NCBI RefSeq assembly: GCF_006345805.1
Contig: NC_043000.1
Location: 42,036,001-42,100,000, forward strand
DNA: 64,000 nt
Direction: 5' to 3'
From: Octopus sinensis
Taxonomy: Eukaryota
Part shown: in pieces, positions 49,538 to 63,464 of the stretch
Numbering within the stretch: position 1 is the stretch's first letter
How the letters are laid out: each line of letters begins with the position of its first letter
Program-made: the position numbers and the translations under genes
The notes under the pieces: generated by a model
Told to the model about the DNA's origin: nothing
Database searches by the model: none
Seen by the model: only the letters and a program-made list of their open reading frames with translations

Positions 49538-50194
49538 GGGGAGAGTCATTTTCTTTTTGTGCCTTATAATATAACACACTCACCGGTAAGTATGTAAGCA
49601 CATAGATAGAAAAAATAAATAAATAAACAGATCAACATACAGACGGATAGGTACATAGGCTATAAGAACAGACACATATGGAGACGCGGATCCACACATA
49701 TAAAGATGCACATCCACACATACAAACATGGTACATAGTTGCATAACACACGCACACACAGAGCCATGCACAAACAAGGAGACAGAGGTACATACATATA
49801 CAAACACATGCTCACACACACATACATAGAAAATACACAAACACGGACATGCATGCACATAAATATGCAGGATATGTACATACAGATGCACACACAAACA
49901 TACATATATACATATGCATATACACACATATATACATACATATACATGCAAACAAACACATACATACATATGTACATGTATGCATGTATAGGCACACACA
50001 CACAAACACTGACCCACACACATGCACACAAACAAACAAAAGGGAACACAGTGTAAGTAACGGACAGAGTCAAAACTATTGAAAAGGCTGCAAGATGCAA
50101 CGAAAATTTTAGGAAAATAAAAATAAGAAAAAAGTGGAGATTTTACCAGTGAGTGTGTTATATTATAAGGCACAAAAAGAAAATGACTCTCCCC
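49538..50194. mobile_element. MITE-like element with 52-bp TIRs around a CA/TA-rich core
   Basis: 49538-49589 and 50143-50194 are inverted repeats with one mismatch. Confidence 0.75.
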
Positions 50195-50407
50195 AAATAT
50201 TGTAGTGTTTTAGTTTTTTTGGGAGGAAGCAGTTGTAAATGAACCATTCCATGTTGATGTGGAATTTTCTGATATCATATATATACAAAAAAAAAAAAGA
50301 CAATGAAGCAGAGACATTAGTATACATAGTACACGTATATATACAGACACAGACACACACACACAACACAATACAACACACAAACACACATTTGTTTGTC
50401 ATCTTAC

Positions 50408-50635
50408 CTCTATCTGGAATGAAATTTGTCAGTGAAGTAGCCAAAGGTGTTTTGGACAAAGCTTTAATTTCATAGATAAAATCACCGATTACTGAATTAT
50501 TCAATGTGACATTGCAATGGGCAGATCCCATGAAGAATGGCAAGAAAATAATCTCAATACTTCCTTTTCCAGATTCTGGTAGATAAATAGATTGTGTTTG
50601 GCAGTGGAAACTTTTCACTTTCTTATTTCGCTTTA
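50408..50635 (-). CDS. CFAP47: CFAP47-like exon: KRNKKVKSFHCQTQSIYLPESGKGSIEIIFLPFFMGSAHCNVTLNNSVIGDFIYEIKA...PDR
   Basis: cattacAG acceptor, G|GTAAGA donor; 228 nt, phase 1-1; FLPF...C...L.N..IGDFIY motif. Confidence 0.88.
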
Positions 50636-51013
50636 CTGTAATGGAAAAACAAAATGAATTTGTACATAATAAAGTAAAATTCTATTATTTGTAGTAATTA
50701 ATTTCTCTGTATGAAGAATTTCTTATAGGAAATTCCTTACATGTCAATCTAATATGCAAAACTTTGTAATTCCTATCAGCAAATGAAGCATGCATAATAA
50801 TGAATAAATAATACCAAAAGTTTCCCATTTCCTGTTTTGTTACACAACAACTCTCCAAATAATATTTTCGTAATTCTCAATTTTAACATGCATTTTGGCT
50901 AACATTTAGCAGCAACTGAGACTACATATATATTGGGTTGTATTAATGGAATAAGCAAATGTGCTTCAAGAGGAATCAACTGGGATTTGCCCAATCTACC
51001 TACATAATTATAC

Positions 51014-51531
51014 TACATGGAAAAATATGAGCATGAAAAGTAATATTCTTAAGATTATGAATCTAGAAAAGTACATACACAAGTTATTACACCTGTAAAA
51101 GTATAGGACAACCTATTACTTCTAGTAAAGTAAAGAATAAGAAACTTTTTACTTAAAATATTGCAGCAAAGAATGCCAGTTCTTCTAATTTATCACTCTT
51201 TACAGTTCTTATCTTTTAAATTTATTGTACAAACTGTTCAGCTAATTTTGAGGTTTGTCTAATTAGTCACTTTTTTCTGTATTTAAGGTAGTAAATTAGC
51301 CAAATTCTACTTAAATAAGTAAAGTGTTATTTGTAAACTATAATAAAATATTTTTTTAATATTCAAATTTTAATTTTAGCTGCAATATTTTAAGTAAAAA
51401 GTTTCTTATTCTTTACTATACTAGAAGTAATAGCTTGTCCTATACTTTTACAGGTGTAATAACTTGTCCTGTATTTTTCCAGGTTTATAATCTTAAGAAT
51501 ATTACTTTTCATGCTCGCATTTTCCCATGTA
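51014..51531. repeat. Foldback element with ~150-bp imperfect inverted arms (51014-51167 / 51379-51531)
   Basis: The arms align as reverse complements, e.g. CATGAAAAGTAATATTCTTAAGATTAT with ATAATCTTAAGAATATTACTTTTCATG. Confidence 0.8.
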
Positions 51532-52174
51532 ATGCATGATTTTTCCAGGCATTGCTGTTATAAGATAATTAATAATGTGTCAATTAAAAATTTTAAATTT
51601 TACCTGACAAAAAACTGAAAGATGATATTTCAATTTTTTTCATGCTAATTTAAATATATGTTGTGATTGAATTTACTTTTGACAATCTTTTTCTAAACAA
51701 GTGAAACTGGTCAAGTGAATAAACACCTTTTAAAATTGCATTTTCATTACCCATCCACACCAAATTAATGGCAGGGATTTTTACCATGTTGTTGGTTGCA
51801 CCATGGCTCACCAAAAGTTACAAACAACAAGACTCCAAAACCATGTTTCCAGGCTTACCTTAAGTAACCTAATTTTCCAATATTAGGTCACAGGAATTCA
51901 TTTAAAGAAAAAAAAAATTTTCAATGATTCTGACATGGGGGGACCCCTACCTCATTTTTTCTGAACCAAAAGAAGGGATTTACAGTATATTAAGAGGTCA
52001 GGGTACTTGATTCCATGCACTATTCCATCATCAGAGACAAGGTATGAATATTTTAGACAGAGAAAATTTACAGCTTACAAGGAATAAAATTCACTGCGAA
52101 TTATTCTAAATCACTTGAGGTACTTGTTCTGCCTAGGTTTTGTTTTTTTCCTCTAATATAGTGTATGTATATAC

Positions 52175-52208
<34 letters not shown>

Positions 52209-52252
52209 ATAATATATATATATATATGTAGAGATAGATAGATAGATAGATA

Positions 52253-53090
52253 TAGGGTGGGTGGAATTTCTATAGGCATTAGAAATTGCTTATAGAATTT
52301 TTAGTATCACTGAAGTCATGACAAAAAGATTTTTTAAACAGACAACACTAATGGGGATTTCTTATTTTCTTTATTATCTTATTTCTTATTTCCCAGATGG
52401 CTGGTTGCTTGACTGTTCAGGAGTGAGCTAACATAGCAGCACACTATGAAGTGTGAAATTCCATTGTTTCAATTCAGAGATGGTGGTATGCATGGAAAGG
52501 TAAGCATGCAACACTACATCTGGAGACAATAAAAAGTTGTCATGCAAAGCTGATGACTACGGGCTCTGGGAACGATGCAAGAAGTGGTTGTCCAAACATA
52601 TTCAGATCAGTGGAGAATGTGATAACAGTGCAGGAAGTGTTTAATTGCAGCCCACAAAAATCACCACATCAAGCAGCACATGAAAGTGAACTAACAAGAC
52701 ACATAATATGTATGGTGTTGTATAAAGAATTGAATTTTCGTCCGTGGAAACCCCATTACGTGCAGGAGCCAAAGCCTGACAGCTGTAACTGAACAATGGA
52801 ATATGGAGAGTTAATGCTAGGTTGGCATAAAGATTGGCCTGAATTGTTTGGAAACATTCTCTGGAGTGATGAGGCTGGATGTTGTAACAGCGATCGCACA
52901 CTGGAGAACTTGGAACACAGATTCAGGAGGTTCTCAATGATATCCCAGTCAATGTCCTTCAGAAGGTTGTTCATTCCAACCCTGGCCATTTGAAGAAACT
53001 GGTTGATGTCACCAGTGCTTATGTTAAAGTATGAAGATTTACTTTCATTTTCCCATGTAATAAGAACATGTATCATTTGTTTCAATAAAT
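52253..53090 (+). pseudogene. Degenerate Tc1/mariner-like transposase remnant
   Basis: VFNCSPQKSPHQAAHES...PWKPHYVQE...ILWSDEA, interrupted by stops. Confidence 0.65.
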
Positions 53091-53149
53091 TTATAAAAGG
53101 AATATAGATTTTATTACCAATTTATATATATATATATATTATATATATA

Positions 53150-53218
<69 letters not shown>

Positions 53219-53317
53219 CATATATATATATATGAAGGGAGAGTTTACTAAAAAAACAAAAGACGAAGAGTGTACAAAACGTGGTGTATTAGTATAACAC
53301 TCAGGAATAGAAAAAGT

Positions 53318-53353
53318 CTTTTACGTTTCGAGCCTACGCTCTTCTACAGAAAG
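53318..53353 (-). ncRNA. Minimal type I hammerhead-like motif with variant core CUGUAGA, in a short TA-flanked repeat (53236-53412)
   Basis: cttt-CTGTAGA-A-GAGC gtag GCTC-GAAA-CGT-A-aaag: stem I cttt/aaag, stem II GAGC/GCTC, palindromic stem III ACGT, GUA site. Confidence 0.6.
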
Positions 53354-54076
53354 GGACACAGAAAAGAAACAAGGAGAGAAAAAAATGTGTGTAGTGTCTA
53401 ATGATCTATCATATCATCATATATATATATATCATGATATGTGATTATAAGATCCAAGGATCTAAGAATAGGAAGTTTTGTAAGCTTTGATCAGTCTGTG
53501 GTAGGTATAAAACATTCAGGAGCAAAAATAATTTATTGGCAATTTGTTAGGCTTTTCCCTTATCAAAATTCAATTAACTGAAAAACAATTTTTAATAGTT
53601 CACGGTTAGCAACTTGAGTTGCTATGAATGCAAATCAAAATCCAAATTGATGGAGTGGAGCAGATTAACATCAGGCTACTTATGTTTTCTCACTAGCAGA
53701 TCCTCTGATGTAATAATTACTCAACATGGGATGCTCGGCAAGTTACTCATCAGGCTGAAGATACCTTAGTTAGATGAAGTTTATATTGTTGTTAAAGAAT
53801 CACAATTTAACTTGCCGAAGATATAATTTGTTGTTCATGCTGGCATGGGTGAGATGGTTTGACCAGAGATGGTAAAGCCGTGGGCTGCACTGGGCTCCAT
53901 TGTCTGTTTTGGCATGGTTTCTATGGCTGGATGCCCTTCTTAATGCCACCTACTCCACAGAGTGTATTGAGTGCTTTTTTTTGGTACTACTGCCAGCACT
54001 TTTTACATAGCACTAATAATATATGCATATAAATAAACATACAAAGTATGGAAGAAAAAAGTGATATGGTCCTTAC

Positions 54077-54266
54077 CAGGGTTATTGAGATCTTGAGAAT
54101 TTGTCTGAAATAGTCCTTTTCCTAAGTAGATACCTTTTATAGATGATGACTCTACATTTTCCTCAGTCATTGACACACAGAATTCCCCGCCAACAGGGAA
54201 TGGGTTTTGTAATTCCAGCAATATTGTTTGGGTTTCATAACAATGAGAATCCACTGAGATAACATT
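54077..54266 (-). CDS. CFAP47: CFAP47-like exon: NVISVDSHCYETQTILLELQNPFPVGGEFCVSMTEE...NNP
   Basis: ctctacAG acceptor, G|GTAAGG donor; 190 nt, phase 0-1; NPFxxGGEFxV motif. Confidence 0.85.
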
Positions 54267-56330
54267 CTGTAGAGAAGACAAAACTTTGAGCTACAGAAGA
54301 TTAGAATCACAAAAACCCACCCAACAAAAAACAAAAAACTCCCTAGAAAGCTAAGAACAACTAACCCTCTCTCTCTTTCCCCTCTAACACACACACACAC
54401 ACACACAAGCGCATGTGCACACACACACACACACATATACATGCACTAGAATGGTAGTATGGTTAAAAAGTTCACTTTGAAACTATGTAGTTTTATATTC
54501 CATCCCACAGTGGCAACATTAGGCAAGGCTCTTCTACCCTAGCCTTAGGCTGTCCAATGACTTGCTTTTTCCCTCTGACTAGGTAACCAAGTAGCTCCTT
54601 TACATCAGCCTGTTTCTGTCCTCTTTCTTGCACATCTCTCTCGATGGGTAAACATGTACCTCCTCTATAACAAGACACCTGTTTCTGCCTATCTATTTCT
54701 CAGTCACACTCTAACCTTTCATCATCTGACACTGGATCAACTCCTCCAATGCTCCCTCTCTTATAGCAAGACACCTGTTTCTGCCTCTCTGTCCCACTCT
54801 AACCTTTCATTATCTGACACAAGTTCCCCTCCTCAAGTGCCCATGCCCCTCTCAAAATTCCTTGTCTTGCGAGTTACTTGCCAGTGTTGGTGCCATGTAA
54901 AAAGCATCCAGTCCACACTGTAAAGTGGTTGGTATTTGGAAGGGCATCCAGCTGTAAAAATCATGTCAAAACTAACCTTGTGTGTGCTAGTGCCATGTAA
55001 AAAGCACTGAGTCCACTCTGTGGAGTAGTTGGCGTCAGGAAGGGCATCCAGCCATAAAAACCCTGTCAAAACAGACACAGTAGCCTGGGATAGTTTTCTA
55101 CTTGGCTGGCTCCTGTCAACTGTCCTCCCCATGCATGGAGGACAGATGTTAAACGATAATGAGGATGATGATGATATATAAATATATATATATATTTTAG
55201 CTGCTTTCTCATATACAAGCAACACCATTGCTAGAAAGAATCATTGAAATGAGTCATTGTTGATGCAGTGTGAGGCCCTTTTATGACACTTGAGCCTGGC
55301 GAAAGATTTGCACATTCTATTACATAATGCACAGCTGTGTTGGTTGGCAGAAGGAACAAGTGCCACAGTATGAACTCTTTTGACATGTCTTTTCAATCCT
55401 CCAAAAACAATGAGGCCTACAACATCATATTCTAAAATATACCATTTATGAAAATGGACCAAGCTGAACGAAATTCTCCAAACACATACTGTCATAAGGA
55501 GTAAATATTAATGTGACAAAAGGATCAGAGATCTGTTTCAAATAAGGACAACTCTTCACAATAATAATTTCACGTTCGCAATAATAGATAATTTCACATG
55601 CTCAGAATGTGGGGAACATTACTTTGAGCATATGAAAACTGCTTTACAACGATGCATGACACTGCATAGATCAGAAATTGGAATATGGGAATACAAATGA
55701 ATATGATTCAGAGAACATACAGACAGAAAGAGCTAAACTTTATGATTTTTCCTCTATATAAATTTAGTGACAATATGGATTAATGACAACAAATCAACAA
55801 AGCATTATCCATCATAACAAAATTCCAGTTACATTTAAATTCCTGTAAGAAAGAAAGGGAGCAACCACCACCAACCCTTTTCTAACCCTTACTAAAGTCA
55901 CCAAAATGATTGCTACTAGTTAGATAGATAACTGCTATAATAGACTGGGGGCCCTAGCTGCTGCAGCTGTTTCTGCTCCTGCTGCTATCACTTACATCCT
56001 TATCTGCTGTCACTTACATCAGCCAGAAATTACTGTTGTCCACTGGTAACCAGCAACAATTAGAAGGAAACAAATAAAATGTGAACTTCTAGAACTTATA
56101 TAAAAGATTAATTTAATTCAGTTCAATTTATTTTCCCTTTATATCAGTATGACTAGATCATCTTAGAGTGATTGAAACTGGTAGCTGCTTGGTTAAAAAT
56201 ATAAAAACTTTCTTTTATCCCATGGTAAAGTTCTCTAAGCATTTTCATCTTTTTTTCTCTTTATTTTCTGTTTGTTTCTCTCCGTCTCTCTCTCTGTTTC
56301 CCTCTCTATCTCTCTGTCTCTCCCTCTCCC

Positions 56331-56387
<57 letters not shown>

Positions 56388-56404
56388 GATGGACTTCATT
56401 CAGT

Positions 56405-56640
56405 TTCTTATTTCTTTACTGCCCACAAGGGGCTACACACAGAGGGTACAAACAAGGACAGACAAATGGATTAAGTCGATTATATCGACCCCAGTGCATA
56501 ACTGATACTTATTTAATCGACCCTGAAAGGATGAAAGGCAAAGTCGACCTCGGCGGAATTTGAACTCAGAACGTAGCGGCAGACGAAATACCGCTAAGCA
56601 TTTCGCCCGGCATGTTAACATTTCTGCCAGCTCGCCACCT
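56405..56640 (-). mobile_element. SINE-like repeat, family C (many copies, including a cluster at 1800-3480)
   Basis: Recurrent GAAAGGATGAAAGGCAAAGTCGACCTCGGCGGAATTTGAACTCAGAA core; B-box-like GAGTTCAAATT on the minus strand. Confidence 0.75.
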
Positions 56641-57170
56641 TAAATTCATTCAGTTTCTGTCTAGTAAATCTGCTCGTAGAGCTGAGTTGTTGAATTACAA
56701 AGTATTTTCATCACTTTTATTTGTTGCCTTTGAGGCAAAGACAAAAGTTATTGTTGTTATTATTAAAAGGCTGATGGATAGAAGAATTAGTAGATAACCA
56801 AACAATATACTATGTAGCATTAAGTAGTAATATCTCTTTGCATTCTGTGTTCAAACCATCTCCCAGCTCTTGATATCAATTTTACCTTCCCTCCTTCTTG
56901 GGTTACATAAAAGAGTTGATCAGTCAAGTATTGGGGTTGAATTAATTAATATATTTCTCTGCCAGCATTTGAGTCCTTGTGCCATCCTATCATTATAAAG
57001 AAACAATATATTATGCAATAAATTGTTATTTGCACTGTGATCAGGGAGATCTCAAACAATGACATGCACTACCACCACCACCACCACCACCACCACCACC
57101 ACCAGCAAGGCTCTCTTGTTTAATTTCTCACTTATGATGTTTATGTAAAAGAAGAAATCAAATCTCTTAC

Positions 57171-57434
57171 CTGTGGGCTTACTTGAGTTGTGAAAGACAC
57201 CAGAGAGAAGACAAGATGAGTTCCAAGTTCTGATCCTTGGCGACGCCCAGTAAGAACAAGGGTTGCTGTTTTGGAGTCAACAAACGTATTATTGTAGGCA
57301 ACTGGCAACTGAACCGTTTGTTTGGCTGGGATCGCAATAGATTTCCCTTTGGAGATGCTGAAGCGTGAAGCACTTTCACCAAATATTGAAACTGAATAGT
57401 TCAGCAGCTTTACACTTGGATTAGTAAGTTTAAT
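57171..57434 (-). CDS. CFAP47: CFAP47-like exon: IKLTNPSVKLLNYSVSIFGESASRFSIS...GTHLVFSLVSFTTQVSPQ
   Basis: tttcatAG acceptor, CAG|GTAAGA donor; 264 nt open, phase 0-0; continues the previous exon. Confidence 0.88.
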
Positions 57435-59102
57435 CTATGAAACAGATGAGAAAAAAGGAAAATACATGCTTTCATATAAACATGTATATATATGAACACA
57501 CAAATATACATAGGCAGGCACACACACGTGATTGTGGGTATGTGTGTGTGTGTATATATATACACATCTCAACTTATGACCTATGCAACCTACAACCAGA
57601 ATAAATAAATAAAAGCTTGATTTTCGGATGTTAACTAGGCCAGCTGCATGTACAATAACTATAACTGCATCTGGCAATGCAGGTCATTCTCAGACCCAGC
57701 CATCCACTGCCTGTCACTGTGTATCACTCAGTCACTTTCAAGCATCAGTTGCGTTTAAATGAAGACAGTGTTGAAAAATATAAATCCAACATATGACACT
57801 AGATCGACTTGTGACCTGTCAGTCGGAATGGAACTTGGCCATAAGTTGAGGAGGTGTATATGGATGGGGACAGTTGCGTAAAGAAGTGCTGATCTCTGAC
57901 TGTGGAAGGAACCTGTGGAAATGGTAGACCCAAGAAGACATTGGACGAGGTGAAGCATGATCTTCGAATCTTGTGCCTAATGGAGTTGATGACAAAAGTA
58001 ACCGAGACCTTTGGCGATATGCTATGATTCAGAAAACTCATCAAGCCAAGTGTCATGTGAATGGCACCAGTAAAATCATAACTGTGACATGATCTTCAAA
58101 TGTCAGGCCTCATGGAGGCGAGGACAAGTAACCGAGACCTTTGGTAATATGCTGTGCTTCAGAAGACTCATCAAACCAAGTGAAATCAATGTCATGGCAA
58201 TTGCCAGTGTCACGTGAATGGTATCCATGAAATCGTAGTCGTAGCCATTGCTGGTGTCATGTAAATGACGTGTAACAAAATTCCTGGATTGACCATTTGG
58301 ACTAGTGGCAACAGATCAGATAACGACCACGAATAATTTGATGACTAGAGAGTCAGATGACATTAATTAAAGATTGCATCTGTGATTGATTGGACTGGCA
58401 TCTTAACTCAAAATAGCATACAAGTACACTGCAACATAATTTCTTTTCCTCAACAGGCCCTGCCCTATTTAACATTGTCCCGAAAGAGATCAAAGAGAAA
58501 AAGGATCCCATCAACTTTAAACGGAGTCTGGATAGATTCCTTCAAGGAATACCTGATATGCCACCCATAATTGGATATAACTCACCCAACAAAAACTCAC
58601 TACTTGAATGGACCATAAACAAAACTTGACTTAAACAGGATTTAGATAATCCTATCAGGTGGTGCTATTAAGTTAGACATGGCCTGGACCAATCTTTGGT
58701 CGAAACATATCTAAGTTTATCTAAGTTTATATTATAGGTGCAGACGTGGCTGTGTGTCAAGAAGCTTGCTTCCCAACCACATGCTATCAGGTTTGAGCCC
58801 ACTGTGTAGCATCCTGGGCAAGTGTCGACTGTAGATTCAGGCCAACCGAAGCCTTGTGAGTAGATTTGTTATGGAAACTGAAGAAGCTCATCATATATGT
58901 GTGTCCGTGTGTGTATAACTATGTGTGTGTATCTTTGTGTTTTGTGTGTTTAAGTCCCCATAATTCAGCAGTTCAGCAAAAGAGACTAATAGAATAAGTA
59001 CTAGGCTTAAAAAATAACTCCTGGTGCCAATTTGTTCAACTAAAACCCTTCAAGACAATGTTGCAGCATGGCTACAGTCAGGTAACTGAAACACATAAAA
59101 GA

Positions 59103-59153
<51 letters not shown>

Positions 59154-59238
59154 CATTTACCTTTCAAAAACATGTTCTAATATAATCTTCAGAAATGGTC
59201 AAATGAATGTGGTAATAAATGATTTTAATAGAGCTTAC

Positions 59239-59373
59239 CAATTTAGTGATTGATTCATGTAGCTTTCCTTTAAATTCCAATGTAGATTTAGGGCAGTATT
59301 GCGGTAGAATGTGGAAGAGAAAGGAACAAAAGAGTATCATGTTGATTGGGTTGGGGTTTGCTATGTCCACCGC
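59239..59373 (-). CDS. CFAP47: CFAP47-like exon: AVDIANPNPINMILFCSFLFHILPQYCPKSTLEFKGKLHESITKL
   Basis: cttcacAG acceptor and TTG|GTAAG donor; 135 nt, phase 0-0; the peptide matches the DIxxPNPIxMxxxCxxLYxxLPxYxP motif I recognise from CFAP47. Confidence 0.88.
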
Positions 59374-59566
59374 CTGTGAAGAGAGTGAAAATAATAAAAA
59401 TACATACGACAACATATATCTGTACATACACACATACAAACATTCATACATGTATATATATATATATATGAAGACAGAGTTGAAAAATATAAATCCAACA
59501 TATGACTAGATCGACTTATGACCTGTCAGTTGGAATGGAACTTGGTCGTAAGTTGAGGAGGAGGTG

Positions 59567-59662
<96 letters not shown>

Positions 59663-61654
59663 AACAATTTAATAAATAAAACATATGCATACATACATAC
59701 ACACATATATGTACATACCTACATCTATATGTATATATACATGCATATATATATATATATGAGTACAGGACACCACAAATAAATGTAGAACACAACGAGA
59801 AATGAAAACATAAAATCAAACAAGGAAACAGACTTTTTTTAACAATGAAAAAACAGAGTACAAGACAAACAATACAAGGAATATTCCCCTTCATCAGCTG
59901 TCCCTGTTTCGACTCAATGTGTGTTTATATATAAATAAGAGCTGATTTCTCAATGTAGATGTAACAAGTGGAAATGGAAGTCCTAAAGATGACCTCAGAA
60001 TGCTGAACCTTTCTGGCAAGATAACAAAGGACTGAGCTACCTGGTCACTTGCTATACTCAAGAAGATCCACACTTTGCAGCACTAGTTTTAAGATTGATC
60101 CTTTTGGTGGTGTGGAGCATTCGTGGCAGTGCCACATAAAAGCACTCATGAAGCACCATGTAAAAACACCCGTGCATTATCACATAGAAGCATCCAACAG
60201 ATTCTGTAATGTGGTTGGTGTTAGGAAGGGCATCCAGCTGTAGGAACCATGCCAAATTCGACTGGAGTCTGGTGCAGCTCCCTAGCTTGCCAGCTATGGT
60301 CAAACCGTCCAACCCATGCCAGCAGGGACAATAGATGTTAAATGATGATGATGATGATAATGATGGCGATGATGATGATGATATATATCTATGTTGTATG
60401 GAAATGTGTAGTGATTATTAAATAACTGTCTAACTGTACTTCCTCTTGTTGACTCTATCTTATTCAATTATATATATAACCTAGGAAACCTGCAATGGCT
60501 CCATAACTACCGTCTTGGCTATAAACTTGAAGCCCTAGTAATCCGTTACCTAGCATACGTAATCGTTTAGACCACTTGTGAACTAAACCCCCATACTTTG
60601 TGTGTGCATATATATATATATATATATATACAGATACACACACATATATACATATATGTATATATATATAATAACTAACTTTGAAACAGCTGAATGTGTT
60701 GGTATTTTACAAACAAGAAAGTAAATTTCACCCTCAGTACAACTGTGAAAACAGTAAAGAAAATTTGGGTATTTACCCATAGAAGACAGGAAAAAGTTGC
60801 CAACAGGTGGCAATGGGGGTATCCCTCGAAGATCAGCTGAGTGCTCTAAACCATTAATCTAAACATCCCCCGCAAACAATTAGCATCATTTTTTTTCTAT
60901 CTTGCAAAGGTAAATACCCTCTCCTTCCCTGCTGGTTTCATAGCAATATTGCATTTGAAATTTACTCTCTTGTTTGTAATGTATATAATCATCATCATCA
61001 TTTAACGTCCGTTTTCCGCGCTAGCACGGGTTGGACGGTTTCGACCGGGGTCTGGGGAGCTCGGGACTGCCCCAGGCTCCAGTCTAGTCTGGCAGTGTTT
61101 CTACAGCTGGATGCCCTTCCTACGCCAACCACTCCGCGAGTGTAGTGGGTGTTTTTTACGTGCCACCTGCACAGGTGCCAGAGGGGTCTGGCATCGGCCA
61201 CGTTCGGATGGTGCTTTTTATGGGGGGGGGAGAAATATAGGGGGAGCACCAGTGGGGAGGGGTGGTTCAGAGAAATGATGACAGGTTCTAGGCAAGTAGA
61301 ACGTAGGATATCAAGAGAGGGGTAATGCATGGTCAAATAGCGTATTGAAGAGGGGGTTCGAAGAGTAGACACCTATAATGGTGGTGGGAGAAGCGACATC
61401 CGGTATAGATGGAGCAAAATATAGAGATATCCGGTATTGGTGGTGGGGTGGGCAAGGGCGGGTGCACCGGGAATATGACGGGCTGGCTTAAAAATGCTCT
61501 TAGCAAAGGAAGAGGGGGGATGGCAGACAACGTAAAAGAGGAGAGAGAGAAGGGAAATAGTGGAACCCCGCGAAAATGGGCCGCCATTGAAAAAACCCCT
61601 GTATGGAGAAATAATATGCAATACAAGGCGAAGCTGAAAATAGTAATAATAATA

Positions 61655-61686
<32 letters not shown>

Positions 61687-61781
61687 GCAAATTTTCGACC
61701 GAGGATCAAAGGGACAATACTAATACTACTAATAATAGTAATAATAATAATAATAAACAGCTCAACCACAACATTAGATTA

Positions 61782-61816
<35 letters not shown>

Positions 61817-63239
61817 GGAAATAACGAAGGCAGCTATATGCATTATAAAGCCAAAATGGAAAACCTCAGTTGTTGTTAATTGTAACTGATGGTGCAGGGT
61901 AGCACGTACATTGTTAGAAATAAGAGTTAAAACCTCTTAGAGCTGCAATGTATCTCATTCTGCATATCATACTCAATGCATGTATACTGTTGGAAACCTG
62001 GACACTGGTGTTTGTCTTGAGAAGGCATCTCATATCAATGTATAGTGTTAGAATACACAGAAATATATCAGTATTGGAAGAAAAGTGTCTAGCACGGGTG
62101 GTAGAATTGTATTCCTGATTTTTTTGCAGCATCATCAGTAGCAATCAACCATTAGCAACTGTGTGCTAAGACAAATTTGACAACTACTGATATAGAAAAA
62201 GAGTGATTAACGAATCACTGGTGTTGCAATTAGCCAGCAAGCTAAATAAAAATTCTATATTTGTTATGGAAGCAATATTAGTTCAAAATAGCAATCCATA
62301 TAACATATTTAAGTCAGATATGCTGTTGATAGCCTGGAAACTTTGGTATTCATCTAGAGTAGGCATCTTCTGTAAGTGTATTGTGTTAGAAAATCACTGA
62401 AATGTATCAGAAGCAGGGGACCATGTATTTCTCCAGTGTCTCAGTTTTGGCAAGGTTTCTATAGCTGGATGCCTTTCCTAATGACAGTTACTTTATAGAA
62501 TGTGGCAGATGCAATTCTTGTGGAATCAGCACATGCAAAGTTGCCATGTAACTCACAAGACTACAAGGTAACTTTATGCTAGGTATGATAAAAAGAGGAC
62601 TAGATTTGTTGATGTAGAGATGATACATGGTTACCCCACATTATATAAAAGTAATTGGGGATAGTTGGGATGGAGCTAGAAAGTGAGATAAAGATGATAG
62701 TGATGAGGTGTTAGAATGTACAATAAGGTGAATAGAAGTGAGTATGGGATGAAGAAGGGTTGTTGGGTAAAGATTGTAAGAGTGTGGGGAGGTTTGAATG
62801 TAGTGAAAGTTGAACAAGGATGAAGGACTGGTCCAAGGTAAATATGAGTTGAGGGAAGAAAGAAATGATGGATGCATGTCATTCAAAATAACTAAGAGGA
62901 GAAGTTGTGATGACTAGCAGTTAGAAAGGGTGAACAAGAGCAAAACAATAATAATAATAATAATAATAATTTTTTTTTTTAGACATTCATTAGTACAACA
63001 CCAAAAACTCCCCCCCCCCCCCCAATATATGGCACATTAGGCATAACAACAACATGAACTTCCAACCTGTTGTCTCTTGAGGTCCTTGGGTGAGACTTGG
63101 AGCCAACTTGTACAAATATTCTATTCACCTTATTGTACATTCTAACACCTCATCACTATCATCTTTATCTCACTTTCTAGCTCCATCCCAACTATCCCCA
63201 ATTACTTTTATATAATGTGGGGTAACCATGTCAAACATA

Positions 63240-63316
<77 letters not shown>

Positions 63317-63464
63317 AGTGGTTAGAGGAAAAATGAGAGATAAGGGAAATGACAAGTGGAATGGATGGACAGAAGATTTCGAGAGTGTGGGGGGAAGGTG
63401 AGAGATGTATGAGGTAGTATAAAAAGGTTCATGGACAAGGAATGGTTCATAAAAAATATCTTAT

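Noticed and set aside
49580-50173. Long ORFs (146-197 aa) rich in C/V/Y/M/H/T
   Set aside because: Translations of (TG)n/(TA)n microsatellite sequence; the same applies to most short ORFs in the track.
59860-59915. CTGATGA motif on the minus strand as another hammerhead
   Set aside because: CTGATGA is followed by a possible stem but then GTAT instead of GAAA; the nearby GAAAC is upstream and does not give a coherent three-stem fold.
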